From Salinivirgaceae bacterium (GTDB taxonomy: Bacteria > Bacteroidota > Bacteroidia > Bacteroidales > SZUA-534), in contig JAFVGW010000016.1 in the NCBI GenBank assembly GCA_017474765.1, positions 4,775-68,774 of the forward strand: a DNA stretch of 64,000 nucleotides, in the 5' to 3' direction. The translations under genes and the position numbers were made by a program. Of the stretch, positions 1-10,900 are shown one piece after another. Numbering within the stretch: position 1 is the stretch's first letter; every line of letters starts with the position of its first letter. The notes below the pieces were generated by a model, which saw nothing but the letters and a program-made list of their open reading frames with translations, was not told the DNA's origin and searched no databases.

Positions 1-2
1 AA

Positions 3-413
3 TTGGTTATGCGTGCAAAAAATGCCGCCAGCCGTGCCTACGCACCTTATTCGCAGTTCAATGTCGGAGCCTGTCTCCTACTCGAAAACGGCGAGATGAT
101 TGATGGCAACAATCAGGAGAATGCGTCGTATCCGTGCGGCTGTTGCGCCGAGCGGACCGCGCTCAACTATGCCCGCTCAAAATTTCCTGGCACTGCCGTT
201 GAAGCCATTGCAATTGCAGCCTTCAACAGCGACGGGCAACTGAGCACTCCCATCCCGCCTTGCGGCATCTGCCGTCAGGCTCTGCTCGAATGCGAATCCG
301 ACAGTGGACGGCCTATCAGGGTGATAATGAACGGCAAAAGCCTCACAAACATTGTCCACAGTGTGGCCGACCTTTTGCCATTGTCGTTCGACAAAAAAAA
401 TCTTAACGAATAG
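3..413 (+). CDS. cdd: Cytidine deaminase (5' end probably outside window)
   Basis: AYAPYSQFNVGA, NQENASYPCGCCAER and PCGICRQ zinc motifs of homotetrameric Cdd. Confidence 0.93.
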   Translation: MVMRAKNAASRAYAPYSQFNVGACLLLENGEMIDGNNQENASYPCGCCAERTALNYARSKFPGTAVEAIAIAAFNSDGQLSTPIPPCGICRQALLECESDSGRPIRVIMNGKSLTNIVHSVADLLPLSFDKKNLNE

Positions 414-444
414 AATATCTGACAATCAATAAAATAGCAAGGAA

Positions 445-1461
445 ATGAAAAAAGCAGCAACAATCAAGGACATTGCAAAAGCAATAGGCGTTTCAGTATC
501 AACCGTTTCACGCGCCTTGCAGGACAAACCCGAGATTTCGGACGAGACTAAAACTCTTGTACGCGAGACGGCGTCGAAGATGAACTACCGCCCCAACACA
601 ATGGCGGTGGCGCTGAAAACACGCAAATCGTACTCAATCGGCGTGGTTGTGCCGCAGATTGTCAGTTTCTTCTATGCCACTGTGGTTCAAGGAATTGAGC
701 AGGTTGCCAATGAGTTGGGCTATCAGGTTTTCGTCAGTTCGTCGAACGAGGATATGATTAAAGAGATGCAGAACGTGTATGGTTTTCTCGACCATCGCGT
801 TGACGGAATGATTGTGTCGCTCTCGAAGGCAACCGACGAATTCACTCATATTCACCGAATTGAAGAAAACAACGTGCCGCTGGTGCTGTTCGACCGCACA
901 TCGAAGGAAATCAATGTGCCGAAGGTTGTGGCCAACGATGCCGACGCCGCCTATATGGCTGTCTCTCACCTGATTGAGCGCGGTGCGAAACGTGTGGCGC
1001 TCATCACTGGTCCCGAGCACATGCTCATTGGTCGCAACCGCTTCCGCGGATACCGCGCCGCACTGACCAACCACGGCCTTCCCATCGACAACCGCATGAT
1101 TGTGCGCTGCAACCTTACTGTTGACGACGCGCGCGAAGCCGTTTTGAAGATGTTCGACATGAAAACTCCGCCCGACGCTATCTTCGGCATCAACGATGAT
1201 GTGGCCATCGGCGCACTCTATGCCGTGAAGGAAAAAGGCTTGAAAATACCTGAAGATGTGGCAATTGTGGGCTTCTCAAACAGCCGCCGCTCAAGTTACA
1301 TTGAGCCACCGTTGAGTACTCTTGACCAAAACCCGATGAAGATTGGCGTGCTGGCCGCAAAACTGCTTTTCGACCAGATTCAAGGCAAACCCGATTTCAG
1401 TGAAAATAAGGAAGTTATCGTTCCCGCAACGCTGATTGTCAGGGCGTCATCGAACAGGTAG
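445..1461 (+). CDS. LacI-family transcriptional regulator
   Basis: N-terminal HTH TIKDIAKAIGVSVSTVSRAL, hinge YRPN, periplasmic-binding-protein-like effector domain. Confidence 0.95.
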   Translation: MKKAATIKDIAKAIGVSVSTVSRALQDKPEISDETKTLVRETASKMNYRPNTMAVALKTRKSYSIGVVVPQIVSFFYATVVQGIEQVANELGYQVFVSSSNEDMIKEMQNVYGFLDHRVDGMIVSLSKATDEFTHIHRIEENNVPLVLFDRTSKEINVPKVVANDADAAYMAVSHLIERGAKRVALITGPEHMLIGRNRFRGYRAALTNHGLPIDNRMIVRCNLTVDDAREAVLKMFDMKTPPDAIFGINDDVAIGALYAVKEKGLKIPEDVAIVGFSNSRRSSYIEPPLSTLDQNPMKIGVLAAKLLFDQIQGKPDFSENKEVIVPATLIVRASSNR

Positions 1462-1532
1462 GATTTTGGTGTTGGGTGTTGGAGATTGGAAATTAATCCT
1501 TCAAGCATTCTATCCTTCAATTCTTCAATCCT
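1462..1532. repeat. Bipartite short tandem repeat tract between convergent genes
   Basis: TTGGTGT/TGGGTGT/TGGAGAT 7-mers on +, then ATCCTTCA-type 8-mers (TGAAGGAT on -) overlapping the GH3 stop. Confidence 0.65.
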
Positions 1533-2614
1533 TGTTTGGCCTTCATAATCCGCTGATACGACTGGTTGATGCGCTCCTCGGTGATTTTGCCGCTTGCAAC
1601 AAGTTTTTTCATCGCAGCAAGTGCATCTTTAACAATATCAGCATTATACATATCGATATTGTTTGAGAATATCAGAACATCCACTCCTGCATTGATGGCA
1701 AGACGGATGGCGTCCTCAAGGCCGTACGATTTGCTGATGGCGTTCATCATCATATCATCAGAGAATATCAAACCATTGAAATGCAAATCGTTGCGCAGTT
1801 TTGCCAATATCTTTGCCGACAATGTTGCAGGATATTGGCTGTCGAATTTGCGGTTGAAAATATGCGCTGTCATAACCGCCACAGGCTGCACTTCGGTCAG
1901 CAGTTTCTGATATGGCTTGAGTTCCTTATTTTGCCATGTATCAGTGACATCGGCAAGTCCAAGATGGGTATCGCTCACCGAACTTCCATGACCTGGGAAA
2001 TGCTTCAGCGAGCAAAGAACGCCCTGTTTGTTGTGTTCATCGACAAACCATCGTGAATTGCGTGTAACAACCTCAGCATCAGCCGAAAACGAGCGGTTGA
2101 GTTTGCCAATTACTGGGCATTTCGGATTGACATCGACATCGACTGACGGAGCAAAATTGACATTAATGCCAACCTCGCGGCATTTTCGGGCAATTTGCGC
2201 GGCATAAAACCTTGTAGTATCCTCTTTGTCAATGGTTCCCAGATATTTAGGCGTAACCGTCCGACTGAAACCATATTCGGCTTTCAACCGCGAGACGTTG
2301 CCTCCCTCCTCGTCAATGGCAATGAAAAGTATTGTTGATGAGTACGATTGAAGATTGCTAATCAACGTTTTAAGTTGCTGCTTAGAAACTATGTTGCGCT
2401 GACGGCTTTTCGTTGGTACATCGTAGTCGAACAAAATGATTCCACCAATCTGATAATCGCGAATCCACTGAGCCACAGGACTTTGCTGCGTGATTTCAGT
2501 GCCACGGAAACCAACCATAAGCATCTGCGCCATTTTCTGCTCAAGCGTCGGTTTGTTTTGGGCGAATGCAAAAATTGGAATCAAAAACGCGAAAAGAAGA
2601 ATTGTTTTTTTCAT
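1517..2614 (-). CDS. nagZ: GH3 beta-N-acetylhexosaminidase (NagZ-like), secreted
   Basis: Signal peptide; IDEEGGNVSRL, KHFPGHGSSVSDTH (NagZ motif), SDDMMM nucleophile region. Confidence 0.85.
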   Translation of the reverse strand: MKKTILLFAFLIPIFAFAQNKPTLEQKMAQMLMVGFRGTEITQQSPVAQWIRDYQIGGIILFDYDVPTKSRQRNIVSKQQLKTLISNLQSYSSTILFIAIDEEGGNVSRLKAEYGFSRTVTPKYLGTIDKEDTTRFYAAQIARKCREVGINVNFAPSVDVDVNPKCPVIGKLNRSFSADAEVVTRNSRWFVDEHNKQGVLCSLKHFPGHGSSVSDTHLGLADVTDTWQNKELKPYQKLLTEVQPVAVMTAHIFNRKFDSQYPATLSAKILAKLRNDLHFNGLIFSDDMMMNAISKSYGLEDAIRLAINAGVDVLIFSNNIDMYNADIVKDALAAMKKLVASGKITEERINQSYQRIMKAKQGLKN

Positions 2615-2627
2615 ATCTGATTGGTTA

Positions 2628-4043
2628 TTAGAACGCTTTTAAAACATGAACATACAGTCCGCTCTTGCCCTGACGCGTTAAAGTGCCCTCTATCCTGAAT
2701 ACAATGTCGTAGTAAGTAATCATATCAAGTCCAATGCCAGCGCTCGTTAAAAATTTGTTTGACAAATAGTTATTGGTTCCGATGCGGGAATCGTCAACAT
2801 AGCCAGCATCAACAAACAAATTTAGATAAAAACTGTAATGCACCTTGTTAAATTCACTCCACGACCATCCGTCAATCTTCTTGACTTGCATTGGAACAAG
2901 GGCAAATTTTGCAAAGGCTCGGCCCGTGGCAAAACGCTGACCATCAATCACATAATATTCAAAACCTCGCAGATAGTCGAGGTAGCCCAAGGCCTGCTCG
3001 GTGTAGTATGGCTGCGGCTTGTCGGGCGAATATTTGGCCAGACCGCCTACTCCAGCATAAAACCGATGGCCCAAATCGAAATATTTGTAGGCCGACAGTC
3101 GAGAGTACCATGAGCCATCGAGTTCATTATCAAGCAGATTCAGGCCAAATTTGCCGATTTCAAGCGTTACATTGTGGCCTTTCAACGGATAGAACTTGTA
3201 GTCGCGTGTATCCCAATCGAACGTATAGGCCAGTTTAAAATACTGTGTATTAGACTTTTGAGTGCCAAAATAATCAGGATTCAGCGCGATTATCGTATCG
3301 GCCACATTGGCGTGGGCGTAACCTGCTGTAAGAATGTGCCTTACATCGTATTTCGGACGGAAAGTGTAGAAAAGGAATAAATCCTGATTATCAATCACTT
3401 GATGCTTGTCGTTGCGGAAATACTGCGGCTTACAACTGTCGGTGGCAAAGCGCACCTCGTTCTGGCGGTAAAACGATAGTTGAACAGCCAGCCCATGCTT
3501 CTTATCGGCCGTGATGTAGGGAAAATCGTAAAAAATCTGGAACTGCTTTTTGTACCCCAGACGGAATTTCACCTTCAGCGTTTCGGCGCGGCCACGGAAG
3601 TTGTTGTTTATCAGCATTAAACCATAATTGATGCGCTTCCAGTCGCCATCGTTGATAAAGGCGCTCAGATTGCGGTCGGCCTGCTCAAAAATGATGTAAG
3701 GCCACCAATACCACCTCTCCTCGAGCATCACAAGCACCTGCTTCTCGTGCTCGTTTAAATCTATAAGATTGATTGTCACATAGTTGAAAAGCGATGTGTT
3801 GAGCAGATTCTCCTTTGAGCGCTGAAAAATGGCATCGGCGGCATCGGCATGCAGTGTGTCGCCTTCGCTGAAAAGCAGTTCGCGCCTGACAATGAACTCT
3901 TTAGTGGTTCGGTTGCCAGCAATCATAATGTCGCGCACAACAAAATCTGCGGTTATCGCGGAAGAGTCACGCTGTTGCGCATCGGCCACAAAACAACTGA
4001 AAAACAGAACAATAAATACGGCTATTGAGATTGTTTTGCTCAC
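2628..4043 (-). CDS. BamA/TamA (Omp85)-family outer membrane protein with a single POTRA domain
   Basis: Signal peptide, POTRA IAGNRTTKEFIVRREL, LRGFEYY loop motif, C-terminal Phe. Confidence 0.8.
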   Translation of the reverse strand: MSKTISIAVFIVLFFSCFVADAQQRDSSAITADFVVRDIMIAGNRTTKEFIVRRELLFSEGDTLHADAADAIFQRSKENLLNTSLFNYVTINLIDLNEHEKQVLVMLEERWYWWPYIIFEQADRNLSAFINDGDWKRINYGLMLINNNFRGRAETLKVKFRLGYKKQFQIFYDFPYITADKKHGLAVQLSFYRQNEVRFATDSCKPQYFRNDKHQVIDNQDLFLFYTFRPKYDVRHILTAGYAHANVADTIIALNPDYFGTQKSNTQYFKLAYTFDWDTRDYKFYPLKGHNVTLEIGKFGLNLLDNELDGSWYSRLSAYKYFDLGHRFYAGVGGLAKYSPDKPQPYYTEQALGYLDYLRGFEYYVIDGQRFATGRAFAKFALVPMQVKKIDGWSWSEFNKVHYSFYLNLFVDAGYVDDSRIGTNNYLSNKFLTSAGIGLDMITYYDIVFRIEGTLTRQGKSGLYVHVLKAF

Positions 4044-4708
4044 TAAATGCTCAAGAATTTCATAAAAGAATTGTAGCGGTCTTCGAGCATCGAATCGTAA
4101 TCCCTGTCATTCGAAAAGACCTGTAGAATCTTGTAATTGTAACGCTCAAATGTTTGTATTACAGGCGAAATATCGGTTCGGTTCAGTTTGAGCGTGACAT
4201 AGAGGATGTCAGGATTGCTGCCGTTGTTGACGTATAGGCTCATGATTTTTGTGTCGTTGCCCTCGACAATCTGTGAAATCTCGCTCAACGAATAGTCGCG
4301 TATATTGAGTTCGAGCACAATTATCGCCCCCTTGCTGCCGCCTGAAATCATAACTGCAATTTCATGCGACAAGTCGGGTAATGTGATGACTCCCAAATAT
4401 TTATCTTCAAAATCAAGAACTGGCAGAACCGACAGGTTGTTTTCGGCCAAAGGCTGCATTGCCTCAATAATATGCTGATTGTCACGCACAAACGGACGCG
4501 CCATCACGTGTATCTGGCTGCTTATTGCCTCATCGGGATTGCTCATATCGTAAATCTCGCGCTCCGAAACCAGCCCCAGATACTCGCTCCCATCGACAAC
4601 AGGCAGATGCGACACCTTGAACACGTCCATCCAATTGAGCGCGTTGGTGCCTGTGTCAGTCTTGTGAATGGCAGGAACCACATCCGATAGCAAATCAATA
4701 ACAGTCAT
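4043..4708 (-). CDS. CBS domain-containing protein
   Basis: Tandem CBS motifs (SHLPVVD..YLGLVSE; VLPVLD..YLGVIT); ATG at 4708 preferred to the upstream ORF start. Confidence 0.88.
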   Translation of the reverse strand: MTVIDLLSDVVPAIHKTDTGTNALNWMDVFKVSHLPVVDGSEYLGLVSEREIYDMSNPDEAISSQIHVMARPFVRDNQHIIEAMQPLAENNLSVLPVLDFEDKYLGVITLPDLSHEIAVMISGGSKGAIIVLELNIRDYSLSEISQIVEGNDTKIMSLYVNNGSNPDILYVTLKLNRTDISPVIQTFERYNYKILQVFSNDRDYDSMLEDRYNSFMKFLSI

Positions 4709-4860
4709 TGTTCTGTTCTCTCTAATTCGGGTAAATGTAAGAAAAAGTTTCAAGCTGATACATATCGATTTATCATTGGCGCAAAATTATCAATGAATGG
4801 CAAATATAAAGTGGTATGCAGTGTGAATGGCAGCACTACCCCGCTCCGCTCCTTTGCACA

Positions 4861-4886
4861 AAAAAGCCCCGCGATTGGGGCTTTAC
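4861..4886 (-). terminator. Rho-independent terminator of the giant surface protein gene
   Basis: AAAGCCCC-gcgatt-GGGGCTTT hairpin with A-run on + (U-run on -). Confidence 0.7.
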
Positions 4887-4940
4887 TTGTTTACTTTGCA
4901 AAGACTGGATGCGCTATTGCGACCAGCCATAACTCCTTTG

Positions 4941-7900
4941 CTATTTTTCCGTCAGATAACCAGGGCCGCCTTGGCCATCTATTCTGGCATATTCGGCATC
5001 GATATGAGAAGAATTGTATTCTGTACCATTTCCGCCCCTCAATTGATTACAACCAATAAACATAAATGAACCACTTACTCTCGACAAACTCCACGAACTG
5101 CTTACATAGATAGTTCTAAGTTGATAACACGACTCAAACATTTCTTGTGTCCTCGTAACATAAGATACATTGGCGTTGCTAAGGTCAATGGTAGCAACAT
5201 ATCTAAATCCACTAAACATATCGAAGCAGTCTTCAGGGAACACTGTGCCCGATTCACAGATAACAGATGTTACATTCTCATCTTTGAAGGCCTGCACATC
5301 TTCGACTTTTACATTACCACTAAGTGTCAACTCGCCATTGTTGAGTACTGCTGTTGATTCTACGAATGTGGCGGAAACTATTACCCCGCTCTTTGGCATA
5401 ATAAAATGATTATTGTTTACAGTCACATCCCTATCATTCAAATCCTTAACTGTCAAAGATATAAGGCGATATCCTGACGCAGCAGTAGCGGTTAAATTAA
5501 CAATATCGCCAGCCTTGGCTGTTGTCTTGTCTGCTGTTACTGAGCCTCCCGAGATATTGCTTGCGATGCTAACACTATAATTCGTATTTTCTTTCGGTAT
5601 GATAAAACGGCGGTTGCCGTCACTGACAATGGTGAAATAACTGCTCGTATTTGATGTTACGTCGGTCTGGCCATTCATGTATTTTATGGTTATGCCATTG
5701 TTGATACCAGAAGCATCAACCATATCAATGCCAGAATAAATTGTTATCGGGCCGATGGCTAAAGAAATTCTGTCGGTTCCTTTTCCTAAACCACCAACAT
5801 TATTTCCTCCTATTGCCGTCACCGAACCACCTTTGATTGTGATTGAGCCCAATGCGTATTCTGAACCATTATTAAACAAAAGACACGCACCAATACCTGC
5901 AGCACCACATACCTGATCTGCATTAGTACCACCTTGCGCAAAAATATTTCCGCCTTCTATGACAATATCTCCACCTTGAGAACTGTATTCACTTCTCAAC
6001 CCAATACCAGCAGAATTATGACCACCAATGGCAGTCAATGAGCCATCACCTTTGATGGTGAGTGTTGTACCAACACCTCCACATTGTACACCAGCATATC
6101 CAGCATCTCCTTCATCATACCCTTGTGCTTTGTTCGTTCCAACAAGATTTATTGTTGCCGAGCCTGCGCAGACAATACCTTTGTTAATGGTGGCATCATT
6201 AAGTGTAACACTTGCTCCATCAGCAATAGTTATTTTATAATTTGTTGTACCAGTTAGAGTGGAACCATCACTCACTGTGGTATTTTCTGTAAGTCCCGAA
6301 AGCGAAATTGTTGTTGTTGAGCCAGTAGTAAACGTTGCCTTATAATCGCAATTTCCTTTAACATTCACAGTGCGAGGATTGCTGGTGTTGCCATCGTTCC
6401 AATGACTAAATGTATAGCCTGAACCGGCTACAGCCGTGAGCACAACATCAGAACCATAATTAACGCTGGCACCGCTTGATATTGCTGTGCCACTGACTTT
6501 TGCAGTTACAGAGCCTGTTCCTGCCGTGGCAACGCCAAAGGTGATTGTGTATTGTCGTGTTGTCGTGCTGAATTGCGCAGTGTAAGTGGCCGCGCCCGTA
6601 ACGGTAGCAATTGCTGGACTCCAACTGCTGAATGTATAGGTATATTGGGCATCAGCAGTTTTTGTCGGGGTATCACCATTATAATTTGGCGTTTGACCGT
6701 ACGCAACTTCGGTTGATTGCAGAGTTGTCTCACCGTTCTTGAAGGTGATGGTGTACTTTCTTGTTGTCGAGCTGAATTGCGCAGTGTAAGTGGCAGCGCC
6801 CGTAACGGTAGCAATTGCTGGACTCCAACCGCTGAATGTGTAGGTATATTGGGCATCAGCCGGCTTGGTCGGAGTTGTACCATCGTAAACAGGTGTCGTG
6901 CCATAAGCCACATCAGTTTTCTGCAATTCAGTACCATCGTAATTCACAAACTTGATTTCGTACTTGTTAACCGTCCACTGTGCCGTGAACGTAACATCAG
7001 AATCTGCTATAGAGAATGAAGAATTCTCATTATAGGTTGTTTGGCCATCGCTCCAGCCTGCAAAAGTATAGCCTTCTTTGCTCGGTTTGGTGCGGAGGGT
7101 GATTGTCTCACCATAGTTGTAGGTCTCAACCTGGCCGCTTACAGCGCCGTCAACCATATAGGTGATGGTATGATTATTGATTGCAAAGTTTGCTGTCAGC
7201 GAAGTGTTGTCTTCAACTGTGAATGAATATGTTTCATTTGTCAGATTGTCGTTGCCGTTCCAGTTCACAAAGTGATAATAGTCGGCCGGTGAGGCTGTGA
7301 ATGTGGCCGTTTTGCCTTTCTCATACCACAGCGAGCCGTCGGCGCCCTCTACCGCAAGGTTTGTCCTGTCAACGGTAACAGAGCCTTTGCTTGCGTCAGA
7401 GGTTGATGCCTTTATGTATTTGCAACCATATTTAACGTTGCTAACATTAAAATTCTTATCAAAATACCAATTTTCAGGTTTCGAGTCAGCCTCGCAATAT
7501 GCTGTTACATTGCCACATAGTGCAAACGCTTTGCCTCCTTCTGTTCCAATATGAGTAACCTTGCCTGGAATGGTTACTGTTGTCAGATTCTGGCAGAATG
7601 AGAACATACTCATTCCAATGCTTACCACTTTGTTGCCAATGGCCACAGTTCGCAAATTCGTGCAGTTGGCAATAACATAATCTTCGATTCTTTCAACATC
7701 ACCGGCAATGGTTAGAGACTTCAGCTTCGAGCAACCGTTAAACGCTTGCGAGCTTACAACTTTAACTCCATCGGCAACTGTATAACTCTCTGCCGTTTTG
7801 CCTGCGGGATACTGAACAAGTGTGTCGCGGTTATAACTGAAGAGCACACCATCAACTGAAGAGTAACGTCTGTTTCCGTATGCAACGGTTATTTCTGTCA

Positions 7901-10900
7901 AATTGCTGCAATCGGTAAACGCGGCATAACCAATGTTCTGAACTCCGGCGGGGATGGTTACCTCTGCCATGGTGCATTTCGAGAATGCGCTGTTGCCAAT
8001 TGTAACAACACTGGCAGGAATCGACACGTTGCTGAACTTGCAGTTGTAGAATGCAGATTCGTCAATGATTGTCACATTATTGCCGGCGTATGTTACCGAA
8101 GTAAGATTCTGGCAATTCCGGAACGCGCATTTGTCGATATGAGTAACCGATGTGGGGATTGTGAACGAAGTGCCGCTCTTTGCTGCAGGATATACAACCA
8201 ATGTCGTCTTATCTTTATTATACAGAACGCCATCAACCACGCAATAAGCAGTATTGCCATCGGCAACTGTAACCGTTGTCAGCGCCGGGCACGATTGGAA
8301 TGCATAGCTTCCCAAATTGACAAGTGTCGATGGCAACGATATTTGTGTCAGCCTCTCGCAAGAACCGAATGCGTTGGCGCCAATGGTTGTAACGCCTTCC
8401 GGAACTATAACGGCTGTAATGTTATTGCTTGTGTAGAAGCTGAATGCGTTTTCTTCTATCTCGGTCACATTAAACGTAAAGCCATCCCGTGTCACTGTTT
8501 CTGGAATGTCTATCCATTTGCGTGCCGGTGGATATTGGCCAGCTCTTACTGATACTGTTGTTGCGCTGGTCAAGGTATATTTCAAACTGTCGGTGCCTTC
8601 GAAATCCTTCATAAACACTGCGGTAAGGGTTGTATCCTTAACAATGGAGAACTGATTGGAAACAATTTCGCCCTTGCCGTTTGTCAAACCAAGGTAATAG
8701 TAGCCGTACGAAGGCTCGGCTGTGATGATTACAGAAGTTCCGTAATTCACTTTGTCTCCGCTCGCAATTGTCTGACTGGCAGCATTTGTTCTGATAGTAC
8801 CGCCAGCGTTGTCATTAACTCCGAAATTCACAGCATACTGGTTTTCTGTCGATGTGAACACTGCCGTGTAGGTCTTTTCGCCAGTAACGGGCTCAATTGC
8901 TGGTGTCCAGCCCGTGTGTGTGTAAGCATACTGTGCCGTTGCGGCCTTTGTCGGGGTTTCTCCATCATACTCAGGCATTTCGCCATATTTTACTGTAGTA
9001 GAATACAACTCGGTGTTGTCATCGTTTACAAACTTAATGGTGTACGACCTTTCATTTTCAGTGAACACTGCCGTGTAGGTCTTTTCGCCAGTAACGGGCT
9101 CAATTGCTGGTGTCCAGCCAGTGTGCGTGTAAGCATATTGTGCCGTTGCGGCCTTTGTCGGGGTTTCTCCCTTATACTCAGGCGTTTCGCCGTATGCAAT
9201 GTTACCCGATTGCAAGGTTTTGCCCTCGCTGACGAATGAAATTGCGTACTCATCGATTGCAAAGTTTGCTGTCAATAAGGTATCGTTTTTAACTGTGAAT
9301 GAAACAGTTTTGCTGGTCAGACCGCCGTTCCAGTTCACAAAGTGATAGTGCTCATTCGGGTTGGCTGTGAGCGTTACATTCTGTCCGTAGGTGTATTCGC
9401 CAATGCCTGATACAGAGCCGTTTTGCGTTTCCACACTAAGTGTGTATAGACGCTGTGTCCAGTGTGCCTTGAGTGTCAGATTCTCTGCAGGCATAGTTGC
9501 GGGCAGCTCACTATCCCACCCGTCGAAACGATAACCCAGTTTTTCAGGAGCGGCAGGAACGGTGATTGCGGTGCCATAATCGGCTGTGATTGAGGCCACA
9601 GGGCTTCCTCCGTCGGCATCAAAGCTGATGGTGTACTGATTAACCTTCCATAATGCCTTGATTGTCAGATTTGTGGCTGGCATCTTGGCAGGTATCTGAG
9701 TGTCCCATCCTATAAATGTGTAGCCCTTCTTTCTCGGCTCGGCAGGTTCTGAAACAGGTTTGCTGTAGTTGACAGTCATGGCTGCCATTGCGGCACCGCC
9801 ATCGGTGTCGAAGGTGATGGTGTACTTATTGAGTATCCATTTTGCACGGAGCGTCAAGTTCTGCGCGGGCATGGTTGCGGGCAGTTGCTTGTCCCAGCCG
9901 TCGAAGGTGTAACCCTCGCGTGTTGGTGCGGCAGGCAAGGCAATGGCAGCACCGTAATTGGCTGTGATTGTGTCAACTGCACTGCCGTTGTTGGTGTTGA
10001 ACGCTATTGTGTAGCGGTTGATATCGAATGTGCCCTCAATGGTGATATCCTTGTCGGGCATTGTGGCTGGAACGTTCTGCCAACCACTGAAGGTGTATCC
10101 CTCCTTCTCCGGCGCGGCTATCAGTCTCGGCCGAGTCCCGAACTCAACATTGCCAACTGTTTGGTAATCAACACCGTCCACCTTGTAATTGATTGTGTGC
10201 TTGTTGGCGGGCATTGTGCCTGTTATGGTGACGTTGTGCATCGGCATGGTGGCTGGTGCATTGCTCCAGCCGCCGAAGGTGTAGCCCTCTTTCACAGGTG
10301 CGGCGCGCAAAGTGAGCGCTGTACCATACGCGACATCCTCAGCTTCGCCGTAAACATCGCCGTCGATGATGTACGCCACTGTGTATGTGTTAAGCGAGAA
10401 GTTGGCAACCAGTTGCGCGTCTTTCTTCACTTTCAGTTTGCGCGGGTTGGTATTGTCGCCGTCGCTCCAGCTGGTAAAGTGGTAACCAGCAGCTGTGTCG
10501 GGATATGCGCGGAGCTCTATCTCAGTGCCGTACTCAACGGTTCCGCCGCCCACGGCTTTTCCTCCCTCACTGGCTGTGGTGCTGACTGTGCAGCTGTCGA
10601 GCATAAATACGGCCGTTATCGTCATTTCATCAGTTACTGTAACCTTATGAGGATTGCTGCGGCTGCCATCGAACCAGTGGTCGAAATGGTAGTGCGGCTC
10701 CATGGCGGTTGCGGTCAGCTCAATCTCGGTGCCGTGGTTGTAAGTCCAGTCGGCGTTGCGGTTGCCCTTAACCTCTATCTCGCCCTCGTCGGGGTTGTCG
10801 ACTGTCAGCATATAGCTGTCGATTTCAAAATAAGCTGTCAGGTTAATCTCGTCATCTACAGTTAGTTTGAGTGGATTGTCGGTGCTGCCGTCGCTCCAGT

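Noticed and set aside
445-1461. Naming the LacI protein CytR because it follows cdd
   Set aside because: Adjacency alone is not enough, and no CytR-specific features can be verified by eye
6540-9200. Diversity-generating retroelement TR/VR pair, suggested by the Avd-like fold at 24068
   Set aside because: The repeats are in-frame tandem domains with mostly synonymous differences not confined to adenines, and no reverse transcriptase is present
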